A DNA stretch of 64,000 nucleotides from Cycas panzhihuaensis (Eukaryota > Plantae > Cycadophyta), in NCBI GenBank assembly GCA_023213395.1, contig CM041465.1, positions 228,167,741 through 228,231,740 on the forward strand. Direction: 5' to 3'. Below the pieces are notes generated by a model. It had not been told where the DNA came from. It saw only the letters and a program-made list of their open reading frames with translations, and searched no databases. Shown piece after piece: positions 1-12,216 of the stretch; within the stretch, counting starts at the first letter, position 1; each line of letters starts with the position of its first letter. Both the position numbers and the translations under genes were made by a program.

Positions 1-431
1 TTACTTCCTTATGTATACCAGCTATTAGCTTATCGTCCTCTTTACCTGATGAATCTAGGAGTGGAAGTAGTATGAGGTAAAAGAGCTCTTCTAATGATTT
101 ATTAACATGATACGTGGATGACTCATCAAATTCTACATCCCGACTAATCACAATTTTTCTTCCATGTGGATCTTATAGTTTGTAAACTTTATTCTAGTCA
201 CAATATCCAATAAATATACACTTCAAACTTTTTTAATCCAACTTCTTGTGAGTGTCATCTAAGATGTGGGCATATCTAATATACCCAAAGGTTTTCAAAT
301 GGCTAATGATAGGTTTCTAACCAATCCATTTTTCTTCAGGGATTATACTATAAACTGCATGAGTGGGTACGTAGTTTAACATATAAATAACAATCACCAT
401 AGCCTTTTCCTAAAATATTAGTGGCAAGTTT

Positions 432-754
432 TGTTAAAATATATGACCATACCACCTAATGTAAAGTGGGCTTCTATTTATGTGCTTAATTATGTGGTGG
501 AATAGTCTCGATTGTGGTGACCTAATGGATGTAATTGTAATTATATTTGACACTTTAGATCTATAAATATAGATCAAAGTCCATCTTTGATGTATCATCA
601 TTTTATTATAATATAATTATTATTCATTTGTAGGTTTTCACCTGTAAGGGTTTCCCACAGCAATATGGTGTCATGTGTGATCTATTTCTGCATGTTATTT
701 ACTTGATGTGAAAGATCATGTTGACCTTGTTTACTTGAGTTACATTTTCTAACA
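432..754 (+). repeat. 5' LTR of element A
   Basis: TG...CA termini, followed by the PBS; TATAAAT at ~561; matches 4513-4835. Confidence 0.93.
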
Positions 755-1053
755 CGGTATCAGAGTATGTAGGTCATGCACAGGTAGATGCATGTTGTCG
801 GAGGTCTGATTGATGGTGTGAGGTCATGATGGCTTGCCCTTAGCAGATTGGTATGCACAATAACCCTGTAGAACAGCCATGGTAGTGCAGATGATCATCA
901 AGGATCTCAAGAGCCTTCAATCTATTGTTTGCAGGTACTTTGAGCTACATGGCGGTTTGTGGATGAGTGTTGACTCTCTTGCCAGCCATGCATATGTCAT
1001 TTGAGCCTGTTGAAGGTGTTGAATCCCTATTTGATAATGCCATTAAGTTTGTG

Positions 1054-1157
1054 TGCTATAGAGGTGATTGTCATCCCCTGTTGTTAGTGGAAGAGCGCAG
1101 AAACATGCTGTAGAGGTGATTGCCAACCCCTATTACTAGTGGGAGAGCACAAAAACC
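1054..1157 (+). repeat. 52-bp tandem duplication inside element A
   Basis: TGCTATAGAGGTGATTGTCATCCCCTG...AGAAAC versus TGCTGTAGAGGTGATTGCCAACCCCTA...AAAAAC. Confidence 0.85.
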
Positions 1158-4100
1158 CTAACAAGCCCGTTGCAATGCTGTGAAGTCAATATTACGGTAA
1201 AAATAGAGGTATGCTCATTAATATTCACTCATTTTAGGGTTTGAATATTATATTTGATTGCTGGTATGGAGATGTATATTGGTTACAGTTGTAGATATAC
1301 ACTATGTCACCTGAGTTACTATATTATTCTACCGCATCTATATTTCCTTTCGACAGTTTAATATATTTAATACTCTATGTATACTACTCCCCTCCATTGA
1401 GCTAATATATTTTAGTGTCCAGGTGATGATTATTAATTACCTGAGTGTTATATTTAGCCATCTGTTTTCTATCATCCATGTGAATACTATTTACCCTACA
1501 TGATATATTAATATCTTAAAGTGGTGTTGTGTCTGTTAGTGTTGCATGATATATTCTGGAATGTTTGCCCGTGTGCATATATGTTTAGTCGTTTGCAGTA
1601 TCTTTATGTTGCGTTGCCCAAATGTGATAGATGATATCTATCAGTCGTGATAGATGATATCTATCTGCATGTGTTCATATCCATCTATCACATTAATATA
1701 TATTCGGTTCACTACCCATTTTTGAACTATATATGCAGTTCACGCATATTGTACTATTACATGTTATTAGTGATTTGCATATTTTGTATTTCACCGTTGA
1801 TAATATTGACACCATGTGTAATATATTGAGTTGCCCAACAATTATCATGTTCACCATTCCCAGTCTATATTTAAATCACCCTAAGCAGTTGCATGTGATA
1901 CTTGAAATCACCCATATTAATGATATTGTCTATCATCGATGGATTTGTCAATGCAATTGCCAGTGTTATGTGATGAAATCGTTGTCTGGAGTATATGATG
2001 CCCATGTATATTTTGTTCACCATCTAAGTTATTATCGATCGCGGGATTGAATGCATATAGTCAGCATTAATTGTAGTTGCCCATTGATGTGTGTGATAAA
2101 GTTGCCTTTTTCCAATTCACCCATGGCTATTGACATCACCCCGGTTTGCATCATTGTTTTAGTTGATGTCAGTGCAGTCGTCGATGCGTAGGCATTGTAA
2201 CCTGTTGATATTTATTAGTAGTCGTTTGTAGATTAATATATAGCCACCGCCATTCTTCATCCATTATATCTATGGATATAAGACGTTATCATCACTTTTT
2301 TATTATTTAACATATTGTTATTACCTTTTGATTTTATCAAAGTACAATAAAGTGATTTAAGAAATTTAAGAAATCTTTCTTTATTAAGGTGCTTTGATAT
2401 AGTATTTTAAAGGGTGATATATATTGGTGTACAATGATACTTGTGGATGGTGCTTTTTTATTATGAGATTTATATAACAATGATGTATATATCATTTAAT
2501 GAGGATGTGAATGAGTGTGATGATAAATGTTTAATGGGTGACATGAGGTTAGTTGGCAAAGTTTGAAGCTCTCTTGCATGTGTTATATATGAGAGAGTAA
2601 AGTAGGTGATTTAAGATGATTGTTTGTTCTCTTGCATGCAATTGCATGGGAGAAAATTGATGGATGACATCAGGTTCTATGAGGCGATGATATGTGCTTG
2701 TTGCATGTGTGGTATATGGAAAGATTTGGGCATGTCTTATGGATGAAAAAGGGTGATGTTTGATGGGCAAGTTGAGGGCGATGTTGGGCACATTTGATGG
2801 ACTAGTAGAGAGCTAGTTAGAGGATGACTTTGAGGGCAAGAAAAAGGGCAAGTTTAAGGATAAAATTGGGCATGCTTGTTGGGCGAAATTGAGGCGATAT
2901 TGTGCTCCTTGAGTGTGAGTTGCATAAAGGAGTCTTATGGGTGAAGAAGAAAAAAAATGAGCATGTTTGGAAGAAAAAGAACATGAGATACCTAAATTGC
3001 AACTTAATTACAAACTCTATTACTATTTTGAGTGTGGCATTGATCATTGTACAAAGATAACAAAATTCGTAATTTATGTGAAATAAATAAGTGTGATTTA
3101 TTAATGGATTACATTCAAGTTCAGTTGCATCAGATGTGTATGAGGTGATGAAGTTCAGAATTTGCTTGTATGATTGTCATTTATGATGGACCATTATACT
3201 TTAATAGTTAGACTAATTGATAGCATGAAATGTGTGGCCTTGTTTGATGTTAGTTCAACATGGGTACATATCTGAACACGTTTGATGTGGAACCGAAGTA
3301 AAGTGCTTAATGAAATTTAAGTGTGAATGGAAAGGTCTAAGATGAGAATCCTTAAAATCAGTTATTCCTTTGTCATGGTATGTATAGTTGGCCTATCAGG
3401 TTGAATTGTAGGTAAATATCATGATGCAAATGGTGAGGTTGGTGCATGTTTTGGTTTGCCTCCCATGGTTTATTGGTAGAAACTGTAGCAGACAGGTATG
3501 GGTACCCTTATTGTGACTGTTCATGGTATATATTCCCCTCATGATTTGTATTTGGACCAAGTCAGAAGCCTTCCATTTGTTTCCCTTAGTGCATTGGAGT
3601 GCACACATCTTAGATGAAGATTATAGCAGCAGGATTGCAAGTGTTTGAAGCCTATGTATTATTCAACTTACAAACAATATGACCTGCAGTGGAAATACAT
3701 GTGATCAGTCTAGATGTTATAGAGTTATTAACGTATCATACTGAGTATCATTTGGTTACAGGTTTTATCTTTTATTGCTTCACTTTTTCAAGTCGTTATT
3801 TTAGTAGGTGTGGACGTTTGTTTATCTAACATTGTACTTGATACAGAAGTAGGATCTAGTGACAGATTGATGATGAGGAGTTGTTAGATGAAGTGACATG
3901 GGTTGCAACCCCATGTTCCATTGATAGTTGAAGACCTACAAGATGATGGAAGATCATGGATCAACATGCCAGTCAAAACTTCTGATAGATACCAACATTC
4001 TAGTGAGTACAAATTCACGATGGAGAGTTGTATTAAAGAAAAGTACTTAGTTGGTTTGCAGGTTAGTAAGCTTGTTGCCTAGGTAATTTATAGCAGTAAG

Positions 4101-4512
4101 AAGGATTAAGGTATGATGAGATATTTAGCACCAGTCTCTATGTTTATGGTCTGTTTGATCCTTACTTCAACAGCTTCAGATAATTAGGTATTGTATCATA
4201 TCATATCAATGTTCCTTAACGAAGACTTGAAGAGGTGATTCACATGGCTTAAGTGGATCATCCTCTTGGTTTAGTCAAAGGAATATGGATGAGTTGAATA
4301 GACAAAGTGTCAAGTGCAAAGAGAGTTGTATGGTTGCAGGTCTGTTGGAGTATTTCTAAAGAATTAAGCATATACGAGGCATGGCACCATTACATCTTAG
4401 TGATTATTACTACATCGACGTTCGTGCATATTGGGTTGAGTAAGGTTATCCTTGAGAGGGGATGTATTCTCAATAATAATCCTTATTGTCCCACATTTAC
4501 ATTAAGAGGGGA

Positions 4513-4835
4513 TGTTAAAATATGTGACTATACCACCTAATATAAAGTGGCCTCCTATTTATGTGCCTAATTATGTGGTGGAATAGTCTCAATTGTGATG
4601 ACATAATGGATCTAATTGTAATTATATTTAGCACTTTAGATGAATAAATATAGATCAAAGACCTTCTTTGATGTATGATCATTTTTTCAAAATATAATTA
4701 TTATTCATTTATGGGTTTTCACCTGTAAGGGTTTCTCACGGTAATATGGTATCCTGTCTGATCTGTTTCTGCTTGTTATCTACCTGATGTGAAAGATCCT
4801 ATTGACCTTGTTTACTTCAGTTACATTTTCTAACA
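4513..4835 (+). repeat. 3' LTR of element A
   Basis: Preceded by the PPT, followed by TSD AGTTT. Confidence 0.93.
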
Positions 4836-4969
4836 AGTTTTAGCATATATCATACACCTCACCATTTCCATCATAATATGATTCTTTCTTTCAACAACTC
4901 TATTATATTGTGGGATATACAGGACCATAAATTCCCACTTTATACTATGATCATGGTAGAAATAATTAA

Positions 4970-7900
4970 CAAGATATGGAGGAACGGAGAGGGGAAGACA
5001 AGTGCAGGCTTATTGGGCTCCGGAGGGTTGGTCTCTCTTTGGAATCCCAAAAGATGGAAAGGCTGGGAGGTGTGCAAGAGTGAGCACTTCCTAACTGTTG
5101 GGTTGGTTAATACATCTACTAACAAGGAGTATTGGATCACCAATATCTATGCCCCTAATTCGGTTGAGGGTAGGAGGAGATTATGGGAGGGTTTGGTGAC
5201 TACCCATAAGGACTGGGCTGGTCCCTGGTTGGTGGCAGGGGACTTTAATTCCCCTCTATGCCCGGAAGAGAAGAAAGGGGGGCAAGGGGGGTGGACCAGA
5301 AGTATGTCTGATCTCGGTGTTTTTCTGTAATCGGGTGGCTTGATGGATGTTCCTCTCAGGGGAGCGAGGTACACCTGGTCCAATAGGAGGCTAGGGCACA
5401 ATCATATTCAGTGTAGATTGGACAGGATGGTAATAAACTATGAATGGGCCTGTCACTTTGAAGGTGTTAAACTGGAAGCCCTTCCGAAAGCTGGGTCAGA
5501 CCATGCTCCTCTCATTTTGGAGGGATCCGTCCCGGCTTTTTTTAAAGGGGTGCCATTCCGCTTTGAACTGATGTGGTAGAAGCATCCAGACTTGAGAGAT
5601 AAGATCAAGGAATGGTGGGGAATTCAGGTGCAGGGTTGTGCCATGTTCAGGTTTTCGAGGAAGCTGAACTGGATCAAGATACAAATTAAAGCTTGGAATA
5701 AAGAGATCTTTGGAAACATTTTCGAACACAAGGGAGCCCTGCTGGGGGATCTAAAGGGGATAGAGGATAGGATCCAGTGGGAAGGAAGAACCCAGGAATT
5801 GCATCATAAGGAGCTATTGACTTCCAGGAAATTGGAGGAGGTGCTGGAAAGGGAGGAAATTTTCTGGAAACAGAAATCCAGAGAGCAATGGATAAGGGAG
5901 GGAGACAGAAACACGAAGCTCTTTCACATGTCCACCTTGAGACATAGGGTTCACAACAGGATTTCTAAAATTCGTAGCAGGGATGGGAATGTATTCGATG
6001 CGGAGGATCAGATTGGTGGTATTACAATGGAACACTTTAAGGAGTTATTTACAGAGCCAGGATGTCAGGACCCCGCCTTCAAGGAGGCACTCTTACATCA
6101 TATACCGAAACTGATTAATGAGGACCAAAATAATAAATTGATAGAACCTTTCTCTCAGGAGGAGGTGGAGAGGGCCTTATTCAAGATGGGCCGCGATAAG
6201 GCCCCGGGACCGGACGGGTTTCCTCCTAGTTTTTTCCAGGAATACTGGGAGATAATCAAGGGTGATCTGATGGAGGCGCTTAATGAATTCTTCCAAAAGC
6301 GCACAATACTGAAAGAATGGCAGCCCACGTTCTTGGCGCTGATTCCAAAGAAAGAGGGAGATGAGATCATGGAAGACTTTAGACCAATCAGCCTGTGCAA
6401 TGTTAAATATAAGATATTGGCTAAAGTGCTGGCGAATCGCCTGAAGCAGTATCTCCCGGAAATCATTTCCCCAAACCAGGACGGGTTTGTCAAAGGCAGA
6501 CAAATCACGGATGGCATCATAATAGCTCATGAGACCTTGCATTCGACGATGCAATGCAAGGAAGTTGGAATGATTATTAAAACAGATATGTCGAAGGCCT
6601 ATGATCGGGTGGCATGGGACTGCTTGATGGAGTGCCTTGAGGCTTTTGGTTTCGGGGAGACTTGGAGGGAGTGGATGAGGTGCTGCATCTCCAGAGTCTC
6701 CTTTTCAGTACTTATAAACGGGAGGTCGACCCCTTTCTTTGCAGGATCTAGGGGGCTAAGGCAAGGTGATCCCCTCTCTCCCTTTTTGTTCATTATCTTG
6801 GCGGAGGTGTTAGGCAGGGCGACGATGGAGGCTCAGAGCACCGGGAGGATAAAAGGATTGAAAGCCTCATCCAACCTAGATAACATTGTGCTTCACCAGT
6901 TTGTTGATGACAATATTTTCCTATGCAGAGCTTCCTTGAGGGAGGCCAGGGCCTTAAAATGGGGTCTTCAGGCGTATGAAAAGGCTACAAACCAAAAAAT
7001 AAATCTAAACAAAAGCTCGGCCTTTTTTATCAACACCTCAGAGAGACTTCAAGGTAAAATATACAGGATTCTGGAGATGGCTAGAGGCTCCCTTCCTAGT
7101 TCTTATCTAGGTATGCCTCTTTTTGCAGGAAGGATGGGGAAGGATATGTGGGATTCAGTAGTTATCAGATTCAATAGGAAGTTGGCTGGCTGGAAGGGGG
7201 CTCTTCTCAGTTGGGCTAGGAAAATTCAACTGTTGGTGGCTTCTCTGCAGAGCATTCCGGTCTATCAAATGACGGTCTTCAAAATCCTGAATGGGGTCAT
7301 TTCGACTCTGGAAGGAATCATGAAGAGATTCCTCTGGTCATGTGCTGAAGAGAAAAGGAAATTTCACCTAGTATCTTGGGAGAAGTTATGTAGACCTAAG
7401 TGGGCGGGGGGTCTCAATGTAAGAAGATTGGGCTTCTTTAATAAAGCCCTCTTAGCAAAGACGGGCTGGAGGCTCTCTAAAGAAGCTGGCTCAACCTGGG
7501 GGAAGATTATTACGAGGAAATATCTGGGGGATAAGCACTTTCTTTTGGAGGAGGGTCTTTGTCTGGAGGGGTCCCAGGTTTGGAGAGCCATCAGATCCTC
7601 GAGGTCCCTTCTTCGTGAAGGCATGCAGTGGAAGTTAGGGGACGGTGAAAGCATAAGGTTTTGGGAAGATAGATGGTGTGGTTCATTTAAGCTTGTGGAG
7701 TTGATTAACAGCGAACCCATGAGGAGAGAATGTATTAACCGCTATGGTACTTTGGTCAAGAATTATTGGGTTGGTCAAGGAAAGGATAGGAGGTGGAGGA
7801 CATTTGAGGAAGTGCCTGGTCTTGAGGAGGAGATCCTCAGGGTTAAAGAGATTTTAGATAAACAGTATATCCCGAAGAGGTCGAGCACTGATTCCTTAGT

Positions 7901-8999
7901 TTGGCCCTCTTCGCCTGCGGGCTCTTACACGGTCAAATCGGAATATGATTTGAGGATGCGAGAGGGTGGGATAGAAATGATAGGTTGGTGGGGTTTGGAA
8001 GTTAGGGTTCTTCCAAAATTACGACTACGGTGGTTAAGCCTTCAAAATAAATTACTTACACTAGATAACCTCTCGAAGAGGGGCTTTCAGATGGCTAGTA
8101 GATGCATGATGTGTAAGATGGATGCTGAAACCTTGAACCATCTCTACATTCATTGTCCTTATTCGGAGGGCATTTAGAATGTCATCTGGGATGGGATGGG
8201 GATAGCTTGGGCTTCCCCGTACTCCCTAGGTGAGTAGTGGGCAGCTTGGACATCGCCTTTCAAGAGCAAAACACTCTCCAGACTCTGGAAGATGATCCTT
8301 CTAGTAGGCTCCTGGCTCATCTGGAAAGAGCGCAACAGGAGGATATTCGAAGGTAAAGAGAGGAATAGTCAAATGTTATTGATAGAGATCAGAAAATCCA
8401 TCTCGGAAATGATGGTTATACCTAAGGAGGATAGGATTCCCAGGTGGGAAGTGGATATTCTTAAAGAATGGGGTATAGTGCCTATGGAGGGCATCCAAGA
8501 AAAGAGAAGAGATGTCAAATGGCATCCTCCAGATGGAAATTGGGTTAAAGTTAATTTCGACGGTGCTGCTAAGGGCAATCCCGGTGAGGCGGGAGGAGGG
8601 GGCCTCTGCAGGGATCATGAAGGTAATGTGAGATGGGCTTTTGCGGAATATTTGGGGGTGCAATCAAATCAGAAAGCTGAAGTCCGGGCCATGCTGAGGG
8701 CCACCACTATTCTGGACGAGGATAATGTGCAAAAGGTGATAATAAAGGATGACTCTATGTATGCAATCAAATGTTTGAGAGGGGATATGGACCCTGGTTG
8801 GGAGAACAAAGATATTTTTAAGGATGCCCAGGATGTGTTGAGAGCCAGAGCAGAGGTTCAGATTAAGCATACCTACAGGGAGGGTAACTCGGCTGCAGAT
8901 TGGTTGGTAAATTGGGCAGTGACAAATAAAAGATTAAAAGTTTGGAAGGAGGAGTTCCTGAGGAGAACTCTTGAGATTGGACAGGGTAGATGCACATAG
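4970..8999 (+). pseudogene. LINE ORF2 (APE endonuclease - RT - zf-RVT - RNase H) with a few premature stops
   Basis: ORFs 4878-5330, 5340-5579, 5592-8177 and 8292-8999 are in the same frame, separated by stops at 5328, 5577, 8175 and ~8235. RNase H motifs: KVNFDGAAKGNPG...AE...DS...HTYREGNSAAD. Confidence 0.95.
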
Positions 9000-9148
9000 G
9001 TAAAGAGGTAACCAGGAAAGAAGATTCTATCTAGGGCTAGACCATGGGCCTGTCATGGTCATTTTTTCTATGTTGATTGGCTATGATGTACCGGGTTTGG
9101 GGACCCAGTTAAAACCCCTATAATTCATTTTACCTTATCAAAAAAAAA
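4970..9148 (+). mobile_element. L1-clade LINE (LINE-1 of window), 5'-truncated within the endonuclease; best-preserved copy
   Basis: Perfect 17-bp TSD ATGGTAGAAATAATTAA (4953-4969 / 9149-9165) and poly(A) 9140-9148. ORF2 motifs: EN (NIYAP, AGDFN, RLDR, SDHAP), RT (KAPGPDG, FRPISLCN, DMSKAYDRV, GLRQGDPLSP, QFVDD), zf-RVT and RNase H. Confidence 0.97.
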
Positions 9149-12100
9149 ATGGTAGAAATAATTAAATGCATGATTATCATATTCCTTGTTATTATCACTT
9201 TTTAATGACTTTTTTTTTTATAACTTTCATTTTCCACCATCACTCTCTAGTCACAAAAGCAATTAAAAACTTCTAACTTTTTCTTAAGAAAGTATACCTA
9301 GGATTTCCTAGTGTAATCATCTACAAATATTAGGGTATAACGAGTTCATGATATCGAAGGGTTTGGGAGTGGTCCCATTATATTTGAATACATAAACTCT
9401 AGCTTCTCCTTGGCCAGGCATTATCCCAAGCAAAAGGATGGTGATGATGTTTATCATACATGCACCCTTCACAAATACCATCTGAGTAGGAAATTAATGG
9501 CAATCCTTCTACCATCTTCAACCTCTTTAGTAGTGTGATGCTTTTATAATTAAGGTGTCTTAAGTGATCATGCCAAAGTTTTCTCACATCATTAGCGCTA
9601 ACAACAAAGGAGTAAGACTTCTTCTAAGATTGAAACTTATCAAACACCCAAAAGTTATCTCTAACCTTCCTAGTAGCAATGATAAAGAAATTCTACGTTG
9701 AGTCCTTAATTAGGCATCTATCATGGTATAGCTCCACCTTCATACCTTATTTGTAGATCCCCCAAGCTAAAAGCAAATTTAATTACATCTTGAGCACATA
9801 ATATACCCCTGTAAACTTACCACCTATAAAGGAAACTTTATCAATACCTTCCACTGACAATACGTGAGCATCTCTTAGGATGATTTTGGCACCACTATGA
9901 TTTTTGTTTACTGTATCAAAGTTATGCTTCTGGTATGAGATATACTTCTATACTTTAGAGTCCAAAATCTAATAATCTCTCCAATTAGACTTGGTTGATA
10001 AGGTTGTTGCCCTGATACAGTGTATAGCAATGCTCTTTCCTTTGTCATCTTGGCTTACTTTACACTTGTCACATCCCTTGAACCAATAGTTCTTCTCTCT
10101 ATGACCATGTTTTCTCTAGTAGTTATATTTTTCATTGAATTTCATTTTCTCTTGAGAACGTTCTCTAGACCTCTCTATGAACGTTTCCTCCTAAGTTGCC
10201 TCTTCCCTTTGAGTCTTCATGGCTAAGGCTTGACTTGATTTAGAACCTCCAAGCATTCTATGATGTTTCAGCTTAACATCCTCCACTAGAATAAGGTTCT
10301 TATGGCCATCAAAAGTCTTTGCCTCCATCACCTCATATCTATCATATATGGTCTGAAAGTGGCAAAGGTAGTTAGTAGCTTCAACATGATTATTGTAAAT
10401 AACAATGCATCATCAACCAAATTTTACTTCAATTCTTCTAGCTTATTCTTCAAGTAAGTAATATTATTTAGGTAAGAACTAATGTTGTTCTCATCTTCCA
10501 CATATGAATTGAGCAGTTCCAACATTAGGACAAGATGTCTATTCATCTTCTTTTTCTTAAAAGCGTCACACAATTTTATCCAAATCTCATCTGGTTGTTC
10601 AAAGTTGTGAATCAAAGCCCTTTGGTCCAGTACCAAGGATAACTTTAACAATCCTATACATATAAATTACTTCTCTTCAAGTCTCACATGCTCTTTATGG
10701 TTAAACAAGACTGCATCAACCTTCACCTTTATAATTCCCTAGAGTTGATTCATCATTAATACTAGCTCCATGTTGGCCTTCCACTCACTAAAATTATTGT
10801 CATTGAAGATAACCTTCAATATTACATGTTCCATCTCAAGATATAGGCTTTAACATGAGTAAATAATCACCAGATGATAGTCTTATAGACTCTTGGATAA
10901 AAGTGCACCACTATGGTCTCCTTGAGCTTAATCACACCCACGAGGGAAGCTTCAAACAATGATTATTCATGCACTAGGTTGATCACCAACTATTCTCTCC
11001 CTTGAAATGAGCACCAAATGTCCTTAAAAGTACTAAAACAATCTTAAAAAGGATACTTAAGACACTTAGGAATTAATTCCAAGAACTAAGAAATACTCCG
11101 CATAGTGATAGCCACAATTTCCAAGTTAAAATTCACTAAGAATATGCTTCAACAACACTCAAAACCACTTCAAATCACTTCAATAATCTTCAAAACACTT
11201 CACACCATGTAATATATTATATATCAATGGTCTAAGGGCCTTTATATAATGTCAAATTAGAATTAGAATATGCCAAAAGCATATTCTAACTAATACAACT
11301 TTTTAAAGTGTGTATGTCCATCAATGACTTAAGGCACATGGAGAATATTATAAAAGATGATATATTTCAGTTTACTAAGTACTAAACATTAGTGAAATTA
11401 AGCCAAAATGTTGATTTATATCTCTACATACTTCTCTTATACTTTCACAACCTGCGGCAACTATGAATATATATTCTGCCTGTGCACTTAGTCATAGACC
11501 TGCACTCCTTTTATACAATTAGTAAATAGACCCTAGATAGCCCAAGGATGTAAAGGATAGCCTAAAACACTTGTCTATGGCTAGTAAAGTCACTAGACAC
11601 CACCCAGTAGTCATTATTTTCTAGATGTATGCTTATTTCAGTTATACAAATATCTCATACTTATACAAACAGACACCATAATTTAAATATAAATATTGCT
11701 TCATCAAATGTGTAGTCCAGCACTCATATAAGGATAGATAACCACCAATTCAAGGGACTAATCATGTCCTCTAGTGAGAATGGTATATTTAATAACAAAC
11801 AAGCTTATTTTCTATTGAATTTTATGGTGTTTTGTTGAGAAAGAAGAGTGACTTATGTGAATACATGCATGGCTGTCCTTACCACTATTAAATCACCATT
11901 ATAACATGCTTCATTAGCTTTAATCACTGCTATAGATTATTAACCAACTTCAAATGACCCTCAATGAGCTAACTTATACCATGAACATGGCCTTCACATC
12001 TAAATATTGACTCTAATAGACCTTTATTTTTCATTGATTGGTGATTTTCACTGCCTCAACCACCATTGATAGCTATGCCTACTTCTATGCACTATTGGAG

Positions 12101-12204
12101 TTGATGGATCCTCAACACATATCTTGGGTTTGATGTCATTATCCAACAACCAATGATCTCACTGCTCTACCCAACTTTTGGCTTTAGCTGTGTAGGACTC
12201 TACG

Positions 12205-12216
12205 GCTCTAATACCA
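12205..12216 (-). promoter_or_regulatory. tRNA-iMet primer-binding site of the host copia
   Basis: Reverse complement TGGTATTAGAGC (canonical TGGTATCAGAGC). Confidence 0.85.

Larger units (their letters stand above)
432..4835 (+). mobile_element. Non-autonomous LTR retrotransposon (element A), LARD-like and probably copia-derived, with both LTRs and TSD intact
   Basis: 323-bp direct repeats 432-754 and 4513-4835 (TGTTA...TAACA, ~89% identical). 5-bp TSD AGTTT at 427-431 and 4836-4840. PBS CGGTATCAGAG 755-765; PPT AAGAGGGGA 4504-4512. The 3.76-kb interior has no real ORF, only faint copia RT/RNase H traces at ~4205-4400 (FLN..LEEVIHM-like; IKHI..HYI-like). Confidence 0.93.

Noticed and set aside
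4780-4800. CTGATGTGAAAG in the element A LTR as a hammerhead ribozyme core (retrozyme)
   Set aside because: It lacks CUGAnGA and any stem II before GAAA, and the 5' LTR reads TTGATG. Element size is also unlike retrozymes.
4940-8870. Antisense ORFs overlapping LINE-1 (e.g. 6155-6520, 7364-7720)
   Set aside because: Shadow ORFs of a GC-richer coding strand, with no motifs.
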